A stretch of 63,501 nucleotides of DNA, the filler included, from Octopus bimaculoides (taxonomy: Eukaryota), in the NCBI RefSeq assembly GCF_001194135.2. It is 7 parts of 6 records of this genome, joined end to end, with 100 filler letters (N's around TTAATTAATTAA, not from the genome) between each part and the next. Parts side by side here need not be neighbours in the genome. Positions count along the whole stretch, not along the records: positions 1 to 21,848 come from NC_068999.1; positions 21,949 to 45,098 come from NC_068983.1; 5 more parts are not named here. The stretch is one strand, 5' to 3'. A program made the translations under genes and the position numbers. Under the pieces are notes generated by a model that was not told the origin of the DNA, ran no database searches, and worked only from the letters and a program-made list of their open reading frames with translations. The stretch's first letter is position 1. The number at the start of each line of letters is the position of its first letter. This document shows positions 13,336 to 26,954 of this stretch, piece after piece.

Positions 13336-14932
13336 CTAGAAGACATGTTTGCTCTCTCAGAAGGGGGTACATTTTTAAATGTGAAAAAACAAACAACTTC
13401 CATCTTCTTATCATTTTGCCTGATTTTTGTTGCTGCTGTTGTCCTTTTATTGTATTGTTTGTTTCTTTTGTAGTCTTTTGGTCATAGAACCACGTGCAAG
13501 ATCTTTGCTCCTTTACAACCCTCCCCCCCACACGAACGCTCTCTCTTTCTCTCTCCATCTCTTTCTCCCTCTCTCGCTCTGTCAACTTTGCTCTGTGTCT
13601 CTATCTGTCTGTCTGTATGTCTCTTATCCCCTCTCTCTTTTCCTCTCTCTGTCTCTCTCTCTCTCTCTCTCTCCCAGTTTGCTTAGGATGGTGTTTTTTT
13701 GAAGAGAGAAAGGGTTTCGTGATCAACATATGTATTTTAAAACTGTTCAGTGACTGAATTATTGTAGCTTAGATGCCAACCATTGTTGAAGCAGCATGCA
13801 GCCAACAACCAGTTCCTCTCGTTCCCCCAAATTTTAACAACAACAATAACAACAACAACAACAACGACGACCACGACGACGACGACGATAACGGCAACAA
13901 CTACAAAAACAGCAACAACGGAAACAACAATAGTAGTTAAAATGAAGGAAAAGCAAAAAGTAAAATTCAAAGAAAAAAACAATTTTAAAAAAACACGGAA
14001 ATAAAAAAGCATAAATCAAAAACAAACAACCTGGAAGCAAACGAAAAGAAAACACCACCCATGGGTTCTGCAACTCCTTTTTTACGATAGCTAACAAGTT
14101 CTGCCTTGATAAACGCTGGTTTCCAGCCAGGAACGCCACACAAAATGGTAACGTCACAGTGTTAAGATTAACAAACCTGTTTTCTAAAGTGACCGCTCCT
14201 TAGCAAGTGGTGCTGGTCTCTATCTCTACACATGTTTATGTATATTTACTTTCACAATGGTTTCTACACGGATATTAATACTTTGTTTTTGTTTGCTTGA
14301 CATTATAGCGTGTGTGTATGTGTGTGTGTGTGTGAACATATACGTATACGTACATACGTATATATATCTATGTATGCCTGTGTGTATATATACACAAACA
14401 CACATATATATATATATGTATGTGTGCATATATACATATATACACACATATATACACACATATGTACACACACACACATATATATATACATGCATTTATA
14501 TATACATACACACAAACTTGTATATTATATATACATTTACACACACAAATATATCCATTTAAAATGAAGCTTTATATCAATAAATAATGGATACTTTCCA
14601 AAATTAAAATGGAATTATCTGGTAGAAATTTAGTTTCTGATGAATTGCCATCTGCAGGCATCATGTGTACTTATAAACTACTTTGTTACGTTCCTTAGTA
14701 TTATGCCTTAGCAACGTTCCTTAGTATTGCTATTTACTAATACTCCTTTTGTGATCCTGCTAAGACTATTTAGTGACACAGCCTAGTAGTACAGCTTTGT
14801 CTCATTCGTGTCACACTGCTTAGTATCACTGCTTAGGCAGTCTCTTTTGTAACATTACTCTGTAACGTGGCTTTATAACATGATTTACCTTTGTGCCATT
14901 CGTGTTACACTACTTGGTATCATAGTTTAGGA

Positions 14933-15160
14933 CAGCGTTTCCCAACCTATTTTCCCCCAGGCCCCACTATAAGTTTCCAGAAAGATGTATGCCCCCACCG
15001 GTGGTTGGAAAAGCGTATAGATGTAATATTTTTCTGTGAAAATAAGATTTTCACAATTCCATGCCCTACGATATATATAAAAAAAAATTTGGATCCCATG
15101 TCCTACCACAATTTTCTCAGGCCCAACAGTGGTGCGTATGCCCCACGTTGGGATTCACTA
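14933..15160. mobile_element. hAT-type MITE
   Basis: Imperfect TIRs CAGCGTTTCCCAAC / GTTGGGATTCACTA; perfect 8-bp TSD GTTTAGGA at 14925-14932 and 15161-15168. Confidence 0.85.
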
Positions 15161-16339
15161 GTTTAGGAGGTCTCTTTGGTAATACTACTCTATAAAGTAG
15201 TGTAACTTTGTAATATGATTTCGTTACACTCCTTAGTAACAATGTAACTACCGAGCGACAATGTCGAATAATGGCGTTTAATTACACTTCGTTCTTTTAA
15301 ATTACTAAGTTCATTGCAAAAGAGAATGTGTAGAGCTACTGAAAAACCCCTCTGAAGAATGAGGTCAGGGAAGAGAAGTGAAGAGAAGAGTCCCTCGTCA
15401 GTGGAAGCGTTCTCGGCCCATTAAGGTCAATACTGTTGATATCCAGATTGAACGTCCTCTGGTTGGTACCAGTAGGAAGGGTATAAGACGTCTTGGCACA
15501 GCTGTTTCGGCATTGCCTATTTGGCGTCGCTGATTCGACGCTGACTTATTTGACATCAAATGTTTTAATGTTTCTCTCACTCGCTCTTTCCTTTCTATCT
15601 TTCTTGCTCTCTCTCTCGTTCTGATTATGTGTGTAAGTATCTAATGTTTGTATGTATGTGTAATGTCTTCCTGTACATCCCTTTCTCTCTTTCCCGCTCT
15701 CTCTATTTATATGTGTATATTCCTGTGTGTGCACGTGCGCGTGTGTGAGTGTGTTTTCCGCCAGTGCCAGAATATACTGTTTCTAAAATAGGTTCACTAT
15801 CCAGTCAACCGTGCTAAATCGTCAGTGTCCAAATAGCCACTTTCGACAGTCTTATGCCATTGAAGGGAAGCATACATAACGGTAGGCAAAGGACATCTAA
15901 AGAGTTAGAGTTGAAGAACAAAAGATTGGATGAAGTGCATAAAACAATATTTAGTGGGGTCCGGTTGATGTGTGTGACGCAGTAACGATGATATGATGAG
16001 AAAAACCTTTCGTCCTTTCGGGATCGATAAAATAAGTACTAGTTGAGTACAGGGGTTGATGTAATCGTCTTACCCAGTCACCCGAGAATGTTTGCTTTGT
16101 ACCAAATTTTGATACCAATTTATATGACATAATTGCTTCTAGATTCCTGTCGATATAACTATCATATTTCATTGCATTATTGAGTTCTTTGCTGCATGCT
16201 TTATATGGAAAAATGCTTTCGTTGTATATTGTGCAATATTTATTTCTATTAATAATAAACATGCTTAAGAAGATTGCGTCATAATTACTTCCCAATACAA
16301 GGTACCGTAATCCTTTTATATATTCAGTGGAGATGCTCT

Positions 16340-16480
16340 AATATCGCTTTCAATTTTTGGCACAAGGCCTGTAATATCGGTGTAGGGTTAAGTCAGTTAC
16401 ATCGACCCCACTGCTCAACTGCTATTTATTCTATCTCCCCAACAAAAGATGAAAGGCAAAGTTAGCTTCGGCGGAATTTG
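16340..16480 (-). mobile_element. SINE type B fragment
   Basis: cacaaggcc...gttacatcgaccccac...gatgaaaggcaaagt...ggcggaatttgaac, reverse of the type B core. Confidence 0.65.
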
Positions 16481-17499
16481 AACAGAGGCATTAATTTTTT
16501 TTATTTCATATATATATATATATAATATTTTAAGATTCAGGTGAATAAGGCACTTAAGTGGTAAGGCACTGTGTTGGGTCAAAATTAAAATGCATACAGA
16601 TCAACTATAAACGAATACAAACATTGGTACCGAAGTATAGGCAATAGATAGTGAGGTTATGTATACAATTAATTGAACCCAATTGAGTATGTTATCAACC
16701 CTTGGGCTAATTCAGAAATGCACATTATATCAAATATACGGTCCATAATATACATCGGAACACGCGAGGAGCAGGTTCCAAGAGAAGCGAATCATAAATA
16801 GATAAATAACAAACGATGGTAAAATGTCAATTCATTACAGCTGTTTTCAACGATTTTTTTATTGATTAAAGAGTACATTATATCATTATTAACATAAAAA
16901 AAATTAAAAAAACGTTTTCTTAAGATGAATACATGAACCACATTTTTAGGAACATTTAAAAACATTTTAAATCCATGGCATGCACATATTATGTGATTCC
17001 AGGATCATCGCTGGTCGCAGAATATATATATGTATATATATATATATATATATAATGAAGAATATATAAAGTTTTATGTGATTAAAAATAAAATTTTTCA
17101 GCACTTTTGAAAATATCGAAAACATTAATATGTTTCACTGGTGTTATGAATCTGGTTAGTACCAAATTTTGATAAATCTTAAGAAGAAATGCAATTTTTC
17201 TGTAACAAAAGACAGTAATCATATTTTGGATAGCAGTCCGACACACTAGACCTGTGTACGAAAACAGTAGACAAAAGTTAGAGCAAGGAGTACTTGGTAG
17301 AATTTGAACTTCAGATCTTAGAATCAAAATAATGTTGCCGTATTCTAAAAATACGTAAATGAATAAATAAATAAGATGTATAGATAATAAAAAATCAAAA
17401 CTTGTTTGGATGGTACCCGATGATAAACTCTGTTAACCACCCACAGCTTGACTACATGGGTGTATATATGTTTGTAGATAGGTAGGATTATTGTTATTA

Positions 17500-17553
17500 T
17501 ACAGATATCTATGTGTGTACTTAATATATATGTATATATAATATACATAAATG

Positions 17554-17584
<31 letters not shown>

Positions 17585-17605
17585 CATACATATATGTGTA
17601 TATGC

Positions 17606-17658
<53 letters not shown>

Positions 17659-17881
17659 CATACATATGTACATGCATACATATAAGTATGTATGTATATA
17701 TATTTGTAAAAGTACATATATATATACATACCCAAACACATACACGCACACATATATAAACAAACACATGCAAAAATACATGTCTGTTTATATTCATATA
17801 TATTTACAAACTCAAATACACACACATGCACACACTCACATCGAATCAAGACTTGCACTCCCACATACCTGCATGCATACA

Positions 17882-17915
<34 letters not shown>

Positions 17916-18065
17916 CATACATACATACAAACATGCATGCAACTATGCATACATGCGTACATATGCATACATAAATACACACGCCCTCGCATACATACAT
18001 ACATGCATACATGTATAAATATGTATATAACAAAAATCGCAATGTCTACACAAATATGTATGAAT

Positions 18066-18148
<83 letters not shown>

Positions 18149-18377
18149 TGTGTGTATGTGCGCGTGTATGGAAGCACATAAGCATGCGCACACACACACA
18201 TGCATATATATCTAGTTATTCTTATATATGTATGTTTACGTAGGATGTGTGTGTGTGTGTGTTTATGTATGTATGTATATATGTATATATATATATGCAT
18301 ATATATTATAAATATATTTTATGAATACATAAATATATACACACATACATATACATATGCATAAATATATATACACA

Positions 18378-18411
<34 letters not shown>

Positions 18412-18460
18412 CATACATACATACACACATACATATTTGCAATATATATCACATACACAC
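17500..18460. repeat. Large compound (TA)/(TACA)/(TG) microsatellite block, representative of dozens in the window
   Basis: Directly visible; source of the YIYI/CVCV ORFs. Confidence 0.95.
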
Positions 18461-18785
18461 AAACATATATACATCACATACACACACGATCTGATACAAA
18501 GGGAGGAGGGAAAGTTTCTGCTATTGCTGTTGTCGCTGCTGCTGCTTACCAGTTACTATCACATCCATCTCTCTATCAATGTTTCGCTCCATTCACTGAG
18601 TTGTTTTGTGATGTTTCGTTGTTGAAATCATCTTGGGTGGTATGTAAATTTTACTCACCATCTCAGACTATTAAAGGGATTAATTCAAATTTATTAGCAG
18701 AAGGGGGAGAAGAAAAACGGGGCGGCCTAGAACATCTGATAAGTAATAGTTTGTTTGCCAAGATACGCTCACAACATACTTCTTT

Positions 18786-19081
18786 TTATGTGTCACTCAA
18801 TACTTGAAATATTGTTATTTCAAACAGTAACGATTTGGCTCTTGTGTTATCATAGAAGGCATTACAAAGTACAGAATGCAATCTGGAATAATCATCTATA
18901 TTTTCCACAATGCCGCCAAATGATATGGTTTCTTTAGACGTGACAAAACATCTAAAGACAACCGGTTGAAATGTCATACGATCCGAAAACTGTGAATCTG
19001 TTTTATTGAAGAAGAGAGTTGCTTCTTTAGTTATGGCTTCTAGAATGTTTTCTTTGTGAAAACCATGTATTTTCTGATTAT
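18786..19081 (-). CDS. Candidate terminal exon, 97 aa, unidentified protein
   Basis: ttcacttctgtag acceptor then an open non-repetitive frame (D)NQKIHGFHKENILEAITKEATLFF...SLLFEITIFQVLSDT*. No homology recognised. Confidence 0.4.
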
Positions 19082-19480
19082 CTACAGAAGTGAATTTCAA
19101 GAATATGTAATATGTGTAATTGACTATTATCGTCTTCAGAAGTATTTCACTTTATTCTTCGTTGCTTTTTATAAATTCTTTGCATTTTGCTTTTCTTTTT
19201 CTTTTTCTTACGTTTTTTTTCTTTTTTTGCTTTTCTTCAAAATAGAAAACATTCTTTATTCATAAATGAAGAAGCAACAGACTCACTTAATGCGATACAA
19301 ACAACTTAAGCAGTTTTGGGGAATTTTTATCAACCTTTAACTAAGAGACTGTTCCTTATTGAACCAAATAATGCGATTTTAGTACTAAGGAATGAAAGCG
19401 ACAAGGGAAATTTTGCCATAATGAAAGCTAAATTTCTTCATTACTGTGTGCTGATGGCTTTAATATTATGCACGCTGAAA

Positions 19481-19915
19481 GCGGCGAGTTGGCAGAAACG
19501 TTAGCACGCCGGGCGAAATGCTTAGCGGTATTTCGTCTGCCATTACGTTCTGAGTTCAAATTCCACCGAGGTCGACTTTGCCTTTCATCCTTTCGGGGTC
19601 GATAAATTAAGTACCAGTTACACACTGAGGTCGATGTAATTGAATTAATTCCTTTGTCTGTCCTTGTTTGTCCCCTCTATGTTTAGCCAATTGTGGGCAA
19701 TAAAGAAATAAGAAACGTTAGCACGCCTGGCGAAATGCTTAGCGGTATTTCGGTTGCTTTTACGTCCTGAGTTCAAATCCTGTCGAGGTCGACTTTGCCT
19801 TTCATCCTTTTGGGGTCAATAAAAGAAGCACCAGTTGAACAGTGGGCTTGATGTCATCGAGTTACTTCCCTCCCTCGAAATTGCTGGCCTAGTGCCAAAA
19901 TTTGAAGGCAATACT
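19481..19915 (+). mobile_element. Two tandem tRNA-derived SINE type B copies
   Basis: Full copy 19481-19710 (gcggcgagttggcagaaacgttagc...gagttcaaattcc...gcaataaagaaa) directly followed by a second copy; CpGs largely intact. Confidence 0.85.
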
Positions 19916-19964
19916 ATCAAAACATGAAAGCATATGAATCTAAACTCGCAAATAAGTTCTTCTC

Positions 19965-20400
19965 AACCATGTGGTTTTCAGTTCAGTCCAACTGTGCGGT
20001 ACCTCTTACTGTGGCAAATGTAGTCTGCTAACTCTCGCCTCGGGCTGACCAATACTTTGCAAATTAATTTGGTAAGCGGGGATTTCGTAGAAGCTCATCG
20101 TATATGTGTGTGTGTACGTGTATTTATATATGCCTGTGTGTGTATGTGTGTATATATGTGTGTGTATATGATGTATGTATGTATGGTATGTGTGCATGTG
20201 TATATGCGTCTTTGTGTTTGCCTTGGCAACTGGTGTTGGTTTTTCTGCGTCCCCCTCTATTGGTCAAAAGACCAATAAGGTAAGTAACGGACTTGTAATG
20301 GGACCAATTTGACCGAGTGAACCCTTGGAGGTGGTGCTCTAGCATGGCTGCATTAAAATGACAAAAACAGGTCAGAAAAAGCAAATAAAAGAGTAAAATT
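19965..20400 (+). mobile_element. SINE type A with expanded internal (TA/TG)n
   Basis: gttcagtcc...cctcgggctgaccaa head and gtgctctagcatggctgc...aaatgacaaaaac tail. Confidence 0.65.
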
Positions 20401-21219
20401 CCGTCATAACTAATTTCCTGCAACATGTAACTGTCAATCAATGTGATTCCTAAATCTGCCAAATACCTTATAAATGGCCTGGAGGGAAGCCCGCAAGATT
20501 TATTACTAAAATCTCACTACAGTTTTAAAAATGAAGGGCACATTCGATAATATTGCTTGGACATAACATTTAATTAATACAAGATGGTCAAGGCTGGAAT
20601 GTTCGATCATAGATGTTCTCAGTGAAGGTAGAGTTGAGATTGAGCAACTACAATCTGTGATGTATTGAAGTCTCCTGATTTATTCTCCACACGGTGTCTT
20701 CGGTTAATTGCATATTTCGGTTTGTTGCATAAAAATTTTGTTGAACTATGCTGTGCAATTAAGTGCAAACAGCAGCGTAAGGTTGAAATTGTGAACCGGT
20801 TCACCTCATGTAGCTTTAAAGTCCTAATTGAATTTAACCTCACGTAACATCGCCGTGGCATACCAGAAAATGGTTCTTATACTATGCGACTAGCGATTCA
20901 GTTCGTCCTCCGGTTCGATTCAGGTACATGATGTTGATAAAACACAAAAATGGCGAAATATTGGTATCCATCACTCCTAGTTGGGACTGGAGGCGAGTTG
21001 TCTCGCCTGTATATGACTTTTAGGTGTTTTAACACCCAGTGCTAAAGGAGAGTCATCCCCAAAGCGCTATACCACAGCGAACTGGCAAACAAAGCAAAAC
21101 GCATACGTCGAGTATGTGCGACCGATAATGTTTACAACACTAGCACTACCTTTCATAATTGAATTATTATTATTGTTGTTGTTGTTGTTGTTGCTGTTAT
21201 TGTTATTAGTATTATTATT

Positions 21220-21314
<95 letters not shown>

Positions 21315-21892
21315 GTTGAGAGATGGCCAAGTACCAAAGTGTCCAGCTAAAAGTTGAGTGCAAATCAATCAAATATCCATAATCCTCTGTAATCCAGTGA
21401 AAGGTCAAATGTATCTGAATACCAAGCGTAAGGTCAAGGAGTCGAGTGTCTCATAGAACACACATAAAATACTCAGGTCGTTGGTGAGCATTGTGGCGGG
21501 GATGATTGCGGTGGTAGGAGTTGAGGTGGTGGGAGTCGCGGTGTTGAAGGTGAGTAGAGAAGAGGATGTATTATAATTACACACTAACAAATCTTTACCA
21601 GAAAATTACATACATACATACATACATATATATACGCACGCACACGTATATAAATATTTATATACATATGTATGCACACACACACACACAAACGTACATA
21701 TATAGAGAGAGAGCAAGAAAAGAATATATTCTTTCATTCTCTCTCCATATATATGTACGTATATGTATGTGTATATGTATGTATATATGGATGTATGTAT
21801 GTATGTATGTATGTATGTATGTATGTATGTATGTATGTATGTATGTATNNNNNNNNNNNNNNNNNNNNNNNNNNNNNNNNNNNNNNNNNNNN

Positions 21893-21904
21893 TTAATTAA
21901 TTAA
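21893..21904. other. Artificial contig-join linker TTAATTAATTAA (also ~45143, 49874, 55134, 59707, 61994)
   Basis: Identical 12-mer with stops in all six frames, always embedded in short N blocks. Confidence 0.9.
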
Positions 21905-21949
21905 NNNNNNNNNNNNNNNNNNNNNNNNNNNNNNNNNNNNNNNNNNNNC

Positions 21950-22285
21950 ACAGACTGTGCACACAAAAAGGTCCTTGTCATTCACCTTCTCAGTCTTTAC
22001 ATTTTTCCTTAAATATCTCTTGAGCCCTGCTTGCATCATCCTGGCCTCTTCAAATGCTTTCACTCCACTCCACACCCTTGTTCGCCATCCAACTCGATCT
22101 GAAGCGAGGGCTTCTATATCTTTTGGAGCCATTCCAATTGACTTCATAGCAGTTCTTATGCCATCATTAAACCTTTTTTTAGGTTTATGCCGATAACGTT
22201 TCCCCTCTGCAAGCTCACCATAAAACAGCTGTTTTGGCATGCGTTCATCTGCCATTCGAACAATATGGCCACACCATCTCAATAT
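21950..22285 (-). mobile_element. RTE-clade LINE 3' fragment
   Basis: LRWCGHIVRMADERMPKQLFYGEL..GKR.RHKPKKRFND...ASDRVGWR...FVCTVC is the typical RTE ORF2 C-terminus. Confidence 0.85.
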
Positions 22286-22302
22286 ATATATATATGACTT
22301 AC

Positions 22303-22330
22303 AGGTGGAGATATGCAAATTTACTTATTC
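22303..22330 (-). CDS. Candidate 28-nt exon (xISKFAYLHL)
   Basis: aacctgtag acceptor, CCT|GTAAGT donor; only one frame is open. Could be a pseudo-exon. Confidence 0.2.
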
Positions 22331-24197
22331 CTACAGGTTTGACAAATGTTATAGGTTCTCTATATAACTCATGAGTGGGGGAGAGAAAAAAAAAAGAGGA
22401 GAGAGCGGAAAGACAAAGAGAAAGATAGAGTAAAGATGAATAAGTCTATCTATAATGAATCTATAATGAATATTGCTGTGATTTCAAAAACTGACTAACC
22501 TAGTCCTCCACGTGCAGAAATGCAGTCATCGATAAATCAACAAATATATATAAAAATATATAATATAATATAATAAACAATACAAGAAATGAAAAGAGGA
22601 AGTGGGTAACAAAGGAGGAAAAGGGATGTTATATGTGTGTGTGTGTGTGTGTGTGGTAAAAGAAGAGTGACCGAGTTATGGGGTGGGGGTGGGGGTGGAA
22701 TGCTGTAAAGAATGAGAAAAAATAAAAAATAAAATAAAGAAAGAAAATATGAGAACAATATGCAAGTCAGGATGTGTGTGGAAAGTAAGTGAAACAGTAA
22801 GAAAAGAGAGGATGTGGAGTGTGGGGTGTGGGTGGTAAATGTGAATATGTGAATAATAGAAGGACAGGAGAACAAGGNNNNNNNNNNNNNNNNNNNNNNN
22901 NNNNNNNNNNNNNNNNNNNNNNNNNNNNNNNNNNNNNNNNNNNNNNNNNNNNNNNNNNNNNNNNNNNNNNNNNNNNNNNNNNNNNNNNNNNNNNNNNNNN
23001 NNNNNNNNNNNNNNNNNNNNNNNNNNNNNNNNNNNNNNNNNNNNNNNNNNNNNNNNNNNNNNNNNNNNNNNNNNNNNNNNNNNNNNNNNNNNNNNNNNNN
23101 NNNNNNNNNNNNNNNNNNNNNNNNNNNNNNNNNNNNNNNNNNNNNNNNNNNNNNNNNNNNNNNNNNNNNNNNNNNNNNNNNNNNNNNNNNNNNNNNNNNN
23201 NNNNNNNNNNNNNNNNNNNNNNNNNNNNNNNNNNNNNNNNNNNNNNNNNNNNNNNNNNNNNNNNNNNNNNNNNNNNNNNNNNNNNNNNNNNNNNNNNNNN
23301 NNNNNNNNNNNNNNNNNNNNNNNNNNNNNNNNNNNNNNNNNNNNNNNNNNNNNNNNNNNNNNNNNNNNNNNNNNNNNNNNNNNNNNNNNNNNNNNNNNNN
23401 NNNNNNNNNNNNNNNNNNNNNNNNNNNNNNNNNNNNNNNNNNNNNNNNNNNNNNNNNNNNNNNNNNNNNNNNNNNGTGGTGGTGCTGGTAGTAGTAGTAG
23501 TAGTAGTAGTAGTAGGAAGAGGAGGAGGAGGAGGAGGAGGTAAGAGAAGAGGTGGTGTCCGGTGGTGGTGGTAATAATAGTTGGAGTAGAAGATGGAGTT
23601 GGAGGAAGAGGAGGAGGCAGAAGTGGTGGTGCTGGTAGTAGTAGTAGTAGTGGTAGTAGCAGTAGCAGCAGCAGCAGTAGGAACAAAGGAAAGGTAAGGA
23701 AAAGAAAATGAATAATACAGTATTAAGAAATAAAAACAGATATGTATAAGAAATGATGTATTATAGAGCAAGCAGGGTGGTGTTCTCTTTAGAGTGGGGG
23801 AGACACAGAAGAACACCCACCCAAGGGGCTCTACTTGCCATGCCATCACCCCCACACACACACCCTCCCATCACCTTTCCCCCACCAGGAGTGAATGAGT
23901 GTGCAAGAGCAAGAGCAGGGGCAGGAGTCAATGAGCAGTGTTACTTGGTTGCACTTGTGTAACTAAAATGCTAAATGTTAGTAGGGCTGAATGTGAAACC
24001 TTCTGAGTACTTTCTGAAGAAAGGAAGGAAGGAAGGGAGGAAGGAAGAGCAGCAACAGACAAGACAGTAGGAGTGTGACTTCACATCTCTGAATGTGGTC
24101 CACTGGTGGTGGTGGTGGTGGTAGTAGTGGTGGGAGTATTGGTGGTGGTGGTGAGAGTGGGTAGATGGTGTATATCTCTTAGGAAATGATTTGTTAT

Positions 24198-24229
<32 letters not shown>

Positions 24230-25017
24230 TAAAGAGAGAGAGATAGATAGAGAGAGAGAGAGAATTATATGTTGCACAGGTGAAGTATAATAAATATGTA
24301 ATGGGAGGGAGAAATGGTAAGAGAGAGAAAGTGAATGAGAGAGAGAGAGGGAGGGAGAGAGGAAGAGAGAGAATGAAAAAGACATAGAGAGATAGAGAGC
24401 AAACAAAAGAGAGGATGAGAGAGAGAGAGAGCTAGTCAAAGAGAAGTAGAAAGAGGGTGAGACAGAGAGAAAGAAGAATGGGAGAGCCATAGACAGTGAG
24501 AGTAAGCAAGAGAGAGGATGAAAGAGCTACACAAAGAAAGAGAGAGAGAGAGAGAATGTGATAGAGGGAAGAGATAGATAGATAGATAGATAGGTTGAAA
24601 GATAGATAAATAAATAGATAGATAGATAGATAGATGGATAGATAGATAAATGGATAGATAAATAGACAGACAGAGAGTGACAGACAGACAGAGAAAGTGA
24701 GAAAGGAAAGAGAGAAAGAATATTTTTAATGGAAGGAAAAGGAAATGGATGAGAGAGTGGGGTGGAGGTGCATGGATAGGGAAAGTGGGAGATGCTGATG
24801 AAAATCTCTTCTTCCCCACCAATGAGAAGAAGAGGAGATGCTGGGAAAGAATATGGTGGTGGTGGTGGTGGTGGTGGAGGGAAGATAGTGTTAATGAAAT
24901 ATGGACAGGTACAAGGGGGATGAGAGGCAGAAAGTTCATCAAAAATAATTTTAAATAGAATTTTTTTTTTTTTAAAAAGATGAAAAATAAAATAAAAATT
25001 GCCGAAATATATATATA

Positions 25018-25428
25018 GGCGTAGGAGTGGCTGTGTGGTAAGTAGCTTGCTTACCAACCACATGGTTCCGGGTTCAGTCCCACTGCGTGACATCTTGGGC
25101 AAGTGTCTTCTACTATAGCCTCGGGCTGACCAAAGCCTTGTGAGTGGATTTGGTAGACAGAAACTGAAAGAAGCCCGTCGTATATATGTATATATATATA
25201 TGTATGTGTGTCTGTGTTTGTCCCCCCAGCATCGCTTGACAACCGATGGTGGTGTGTTTATGTCCCCGTAACTTAGCGGTTCAGCAAAAGAGACCGATAA
25301 AATAAGTACTAGGCTTCCAAAGAATAAGGCCTGGAGTCGATTTACTCGACTAAAGGCGGTGCTCCAGCATGGCCGCAGTCAAATGACTGAAACAAGTAAA
25401 AGAGTAAAAGAGAGTAAAAGAGTATACA
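25018..25428 (+). mobile_element. Full-length tRNA-derived SINE type A
   Basis: tRNA-like head (gtggctgtgtggtaag...ggttccgggttcagtccc, A/B-box-like), central (TA/TG)n, tail ending (gagtaaaa)n. Resembles the Octopus tRNA-SINE class; family name not assigned. Confidence 0.85.
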
Positions 25429-25733
25429 GNNNNNNNNNNNNNNNNNNNNNNNNNNNNNNNNNNNNNNNNNNNNNNNNNNNNNNNNNNNNNNNNNNNNNNN
25501 NNNNNNNNNNNNNNNNNNNNNNNNNNNNNNNNNNNNNNNNNNNNNNNNNNNNNNNNNNNNNNNNNNNNNNNNNNNNNNNNNNNNNNNNNNNNNNNNNNNN
25601 NNNNNNNNNNNNNNNNNNNNNNNNNNNNNNNNNNNNNNNNNNNNNNNNNNNNNNNNNNNNNNNNNNNNNNNNNNNNNNNNNNNNNNNNNNNNNNNNNNNN
25701 NNNNNNNNNNNNNNNNNNNNNNNNNNNNNNNNN

Positions 25734-26078
25734 GCGTGACATCTTGGGCAAGTGTCTTCTACTATAGCCTCGGGCTGACCAAAGCCTTGTGAGTGGATTT
25801 GGTAGACAGAAACTGAAAGAAGCCCGTCGTATATATGTATATATATATATGTATGTGTGTCTGTGTTTGTCCCCCCAGCATCGCTTGACAACCGATGGTG
25901 GTGTGTTTATGTCCCCGTAACTTAGCGGTTCAGCAAAAGAGACCGATAAAATAAGTACTAGGCTTCCAAAGAATAAGGCCTGGAGTCGATTTACTCGACT
26001 AAAGGCGGTGCTCCAGCATGGCCGCAGTCAAATGACTGAAACAAGTAAAAGAGTAAAAGAGAGTAAAAGAGTATACAG
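25734..26078 (+). repeat. Identical duplicate of ~25085-25428 across a gap (likely assembly overlap)
   Basis: ~345 bp identical including unique flank gtatacag. Confidence 0.75.
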
Positions 26079-26379
26079 TTTTTAGAAAGGGAAAGACACA
26101 CTGGATTATATAGTCCTAGATATCATATATCTGAATATAAGAAGAGATTTGCTTGATAAAAGCCAACCTAGGGTTAAACAATTTTATTACATTATTAGCC
26201 AGTGAGAAAGCTTCTGTCATCAACTGATTTGCTAGAAATAGCAGCTAAATCTTCCTAAAAGCACTCCTTACTATCTTTACAAAGGAGAAGGACCCATTGA
26301 GCAATGTAGTTCTAGATATACTACATCTGAAAATAAGATAAAAGTTCTGCTTCCCAACATTATGGTCACAGGTTCAAAG

Positions 26380-26930
26380 CAGCAAGCTGGCAGAAACGTT
26401 AGCACACCGGGCGAATTGCTTAGCGGTATTTCATCTGTCTTTACATTCTAAGTTCAAATTCTGCCAAGGTCGACTTTACCTTTCATCCTTTTAGGGTCTA
26501 TAAATTAAGTACCAGTTGCGTACTGGGGTCGATCTAATCGACTGTCCCCCCTCCCCCCCCCACAAAATTTGGGGCCGTGTGCCTAGAGTTGAAAAGAATA
26601 TGGTCACAGGTTCAGTGCCACTGTGTGGCACTTTGGGCGACTGGGCGAGTGCTTTGTATTACAAAAGCCTTTTAACAGAATTTGGTAGATGGAAACTGAA
26701 ACAAGTCTGTAATGTGTGTGTGTGTGTGTGTGTCTGTGTTTGTCCTCCACTACTGCTTGACAAATGCTGTTGGTGTGCTAACTCCCCTGTAACTTAGCAG
26801 TTTGATAAAACAGACCCCTAAGAATATGTACCAGAAAGATAAGTACTGGGATTAATTCGTTCAACTAAAAATCCTTCAGGGCAGTTCCCCTGCATAGCTG
26901 CAGTCCTTTAACTGAAACAAATAAAAGATA
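26380..26930 (+). mobile_element. SINE type B followed by SINE type A, CpG-decayed
   Basis: gcagcaagctggcagaaacgttagcacacc... then ggttcagtgccactgtgtggcactttggg...aaataaaagataaa. Confidence 0.75.
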
Positions 26931-26954
26931 AAATATATAATACACTTGATCATA

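Noticed and set aside
15480-15530. Hammerhead-like GGCAATGCC-GAAAC-AGCT-GT on the minus strand
   Set aside because: Catalytic core and stem I too degenerate to call.
15951-17327. ORFs 15951-16295 and 17082-17327 as exons
   Set aside because: Both run into SINE sequence and could not be linked in phase with neighbouring candidates.
20880-21549. Plus-strand first exons (MRLAIQFVLRFDS; AAG|GTGAGT at 21549)
   Set aside because: Donors are plausible and the position precedes the CpG-depleted domain, but one lies in (GGT)n-derived sequence and no consistent downstream chain was established.
25018-25090. tRNA gene
   Set aside because: A/B-box-like head only, no complete cloverleaf; continues into a SINE body.
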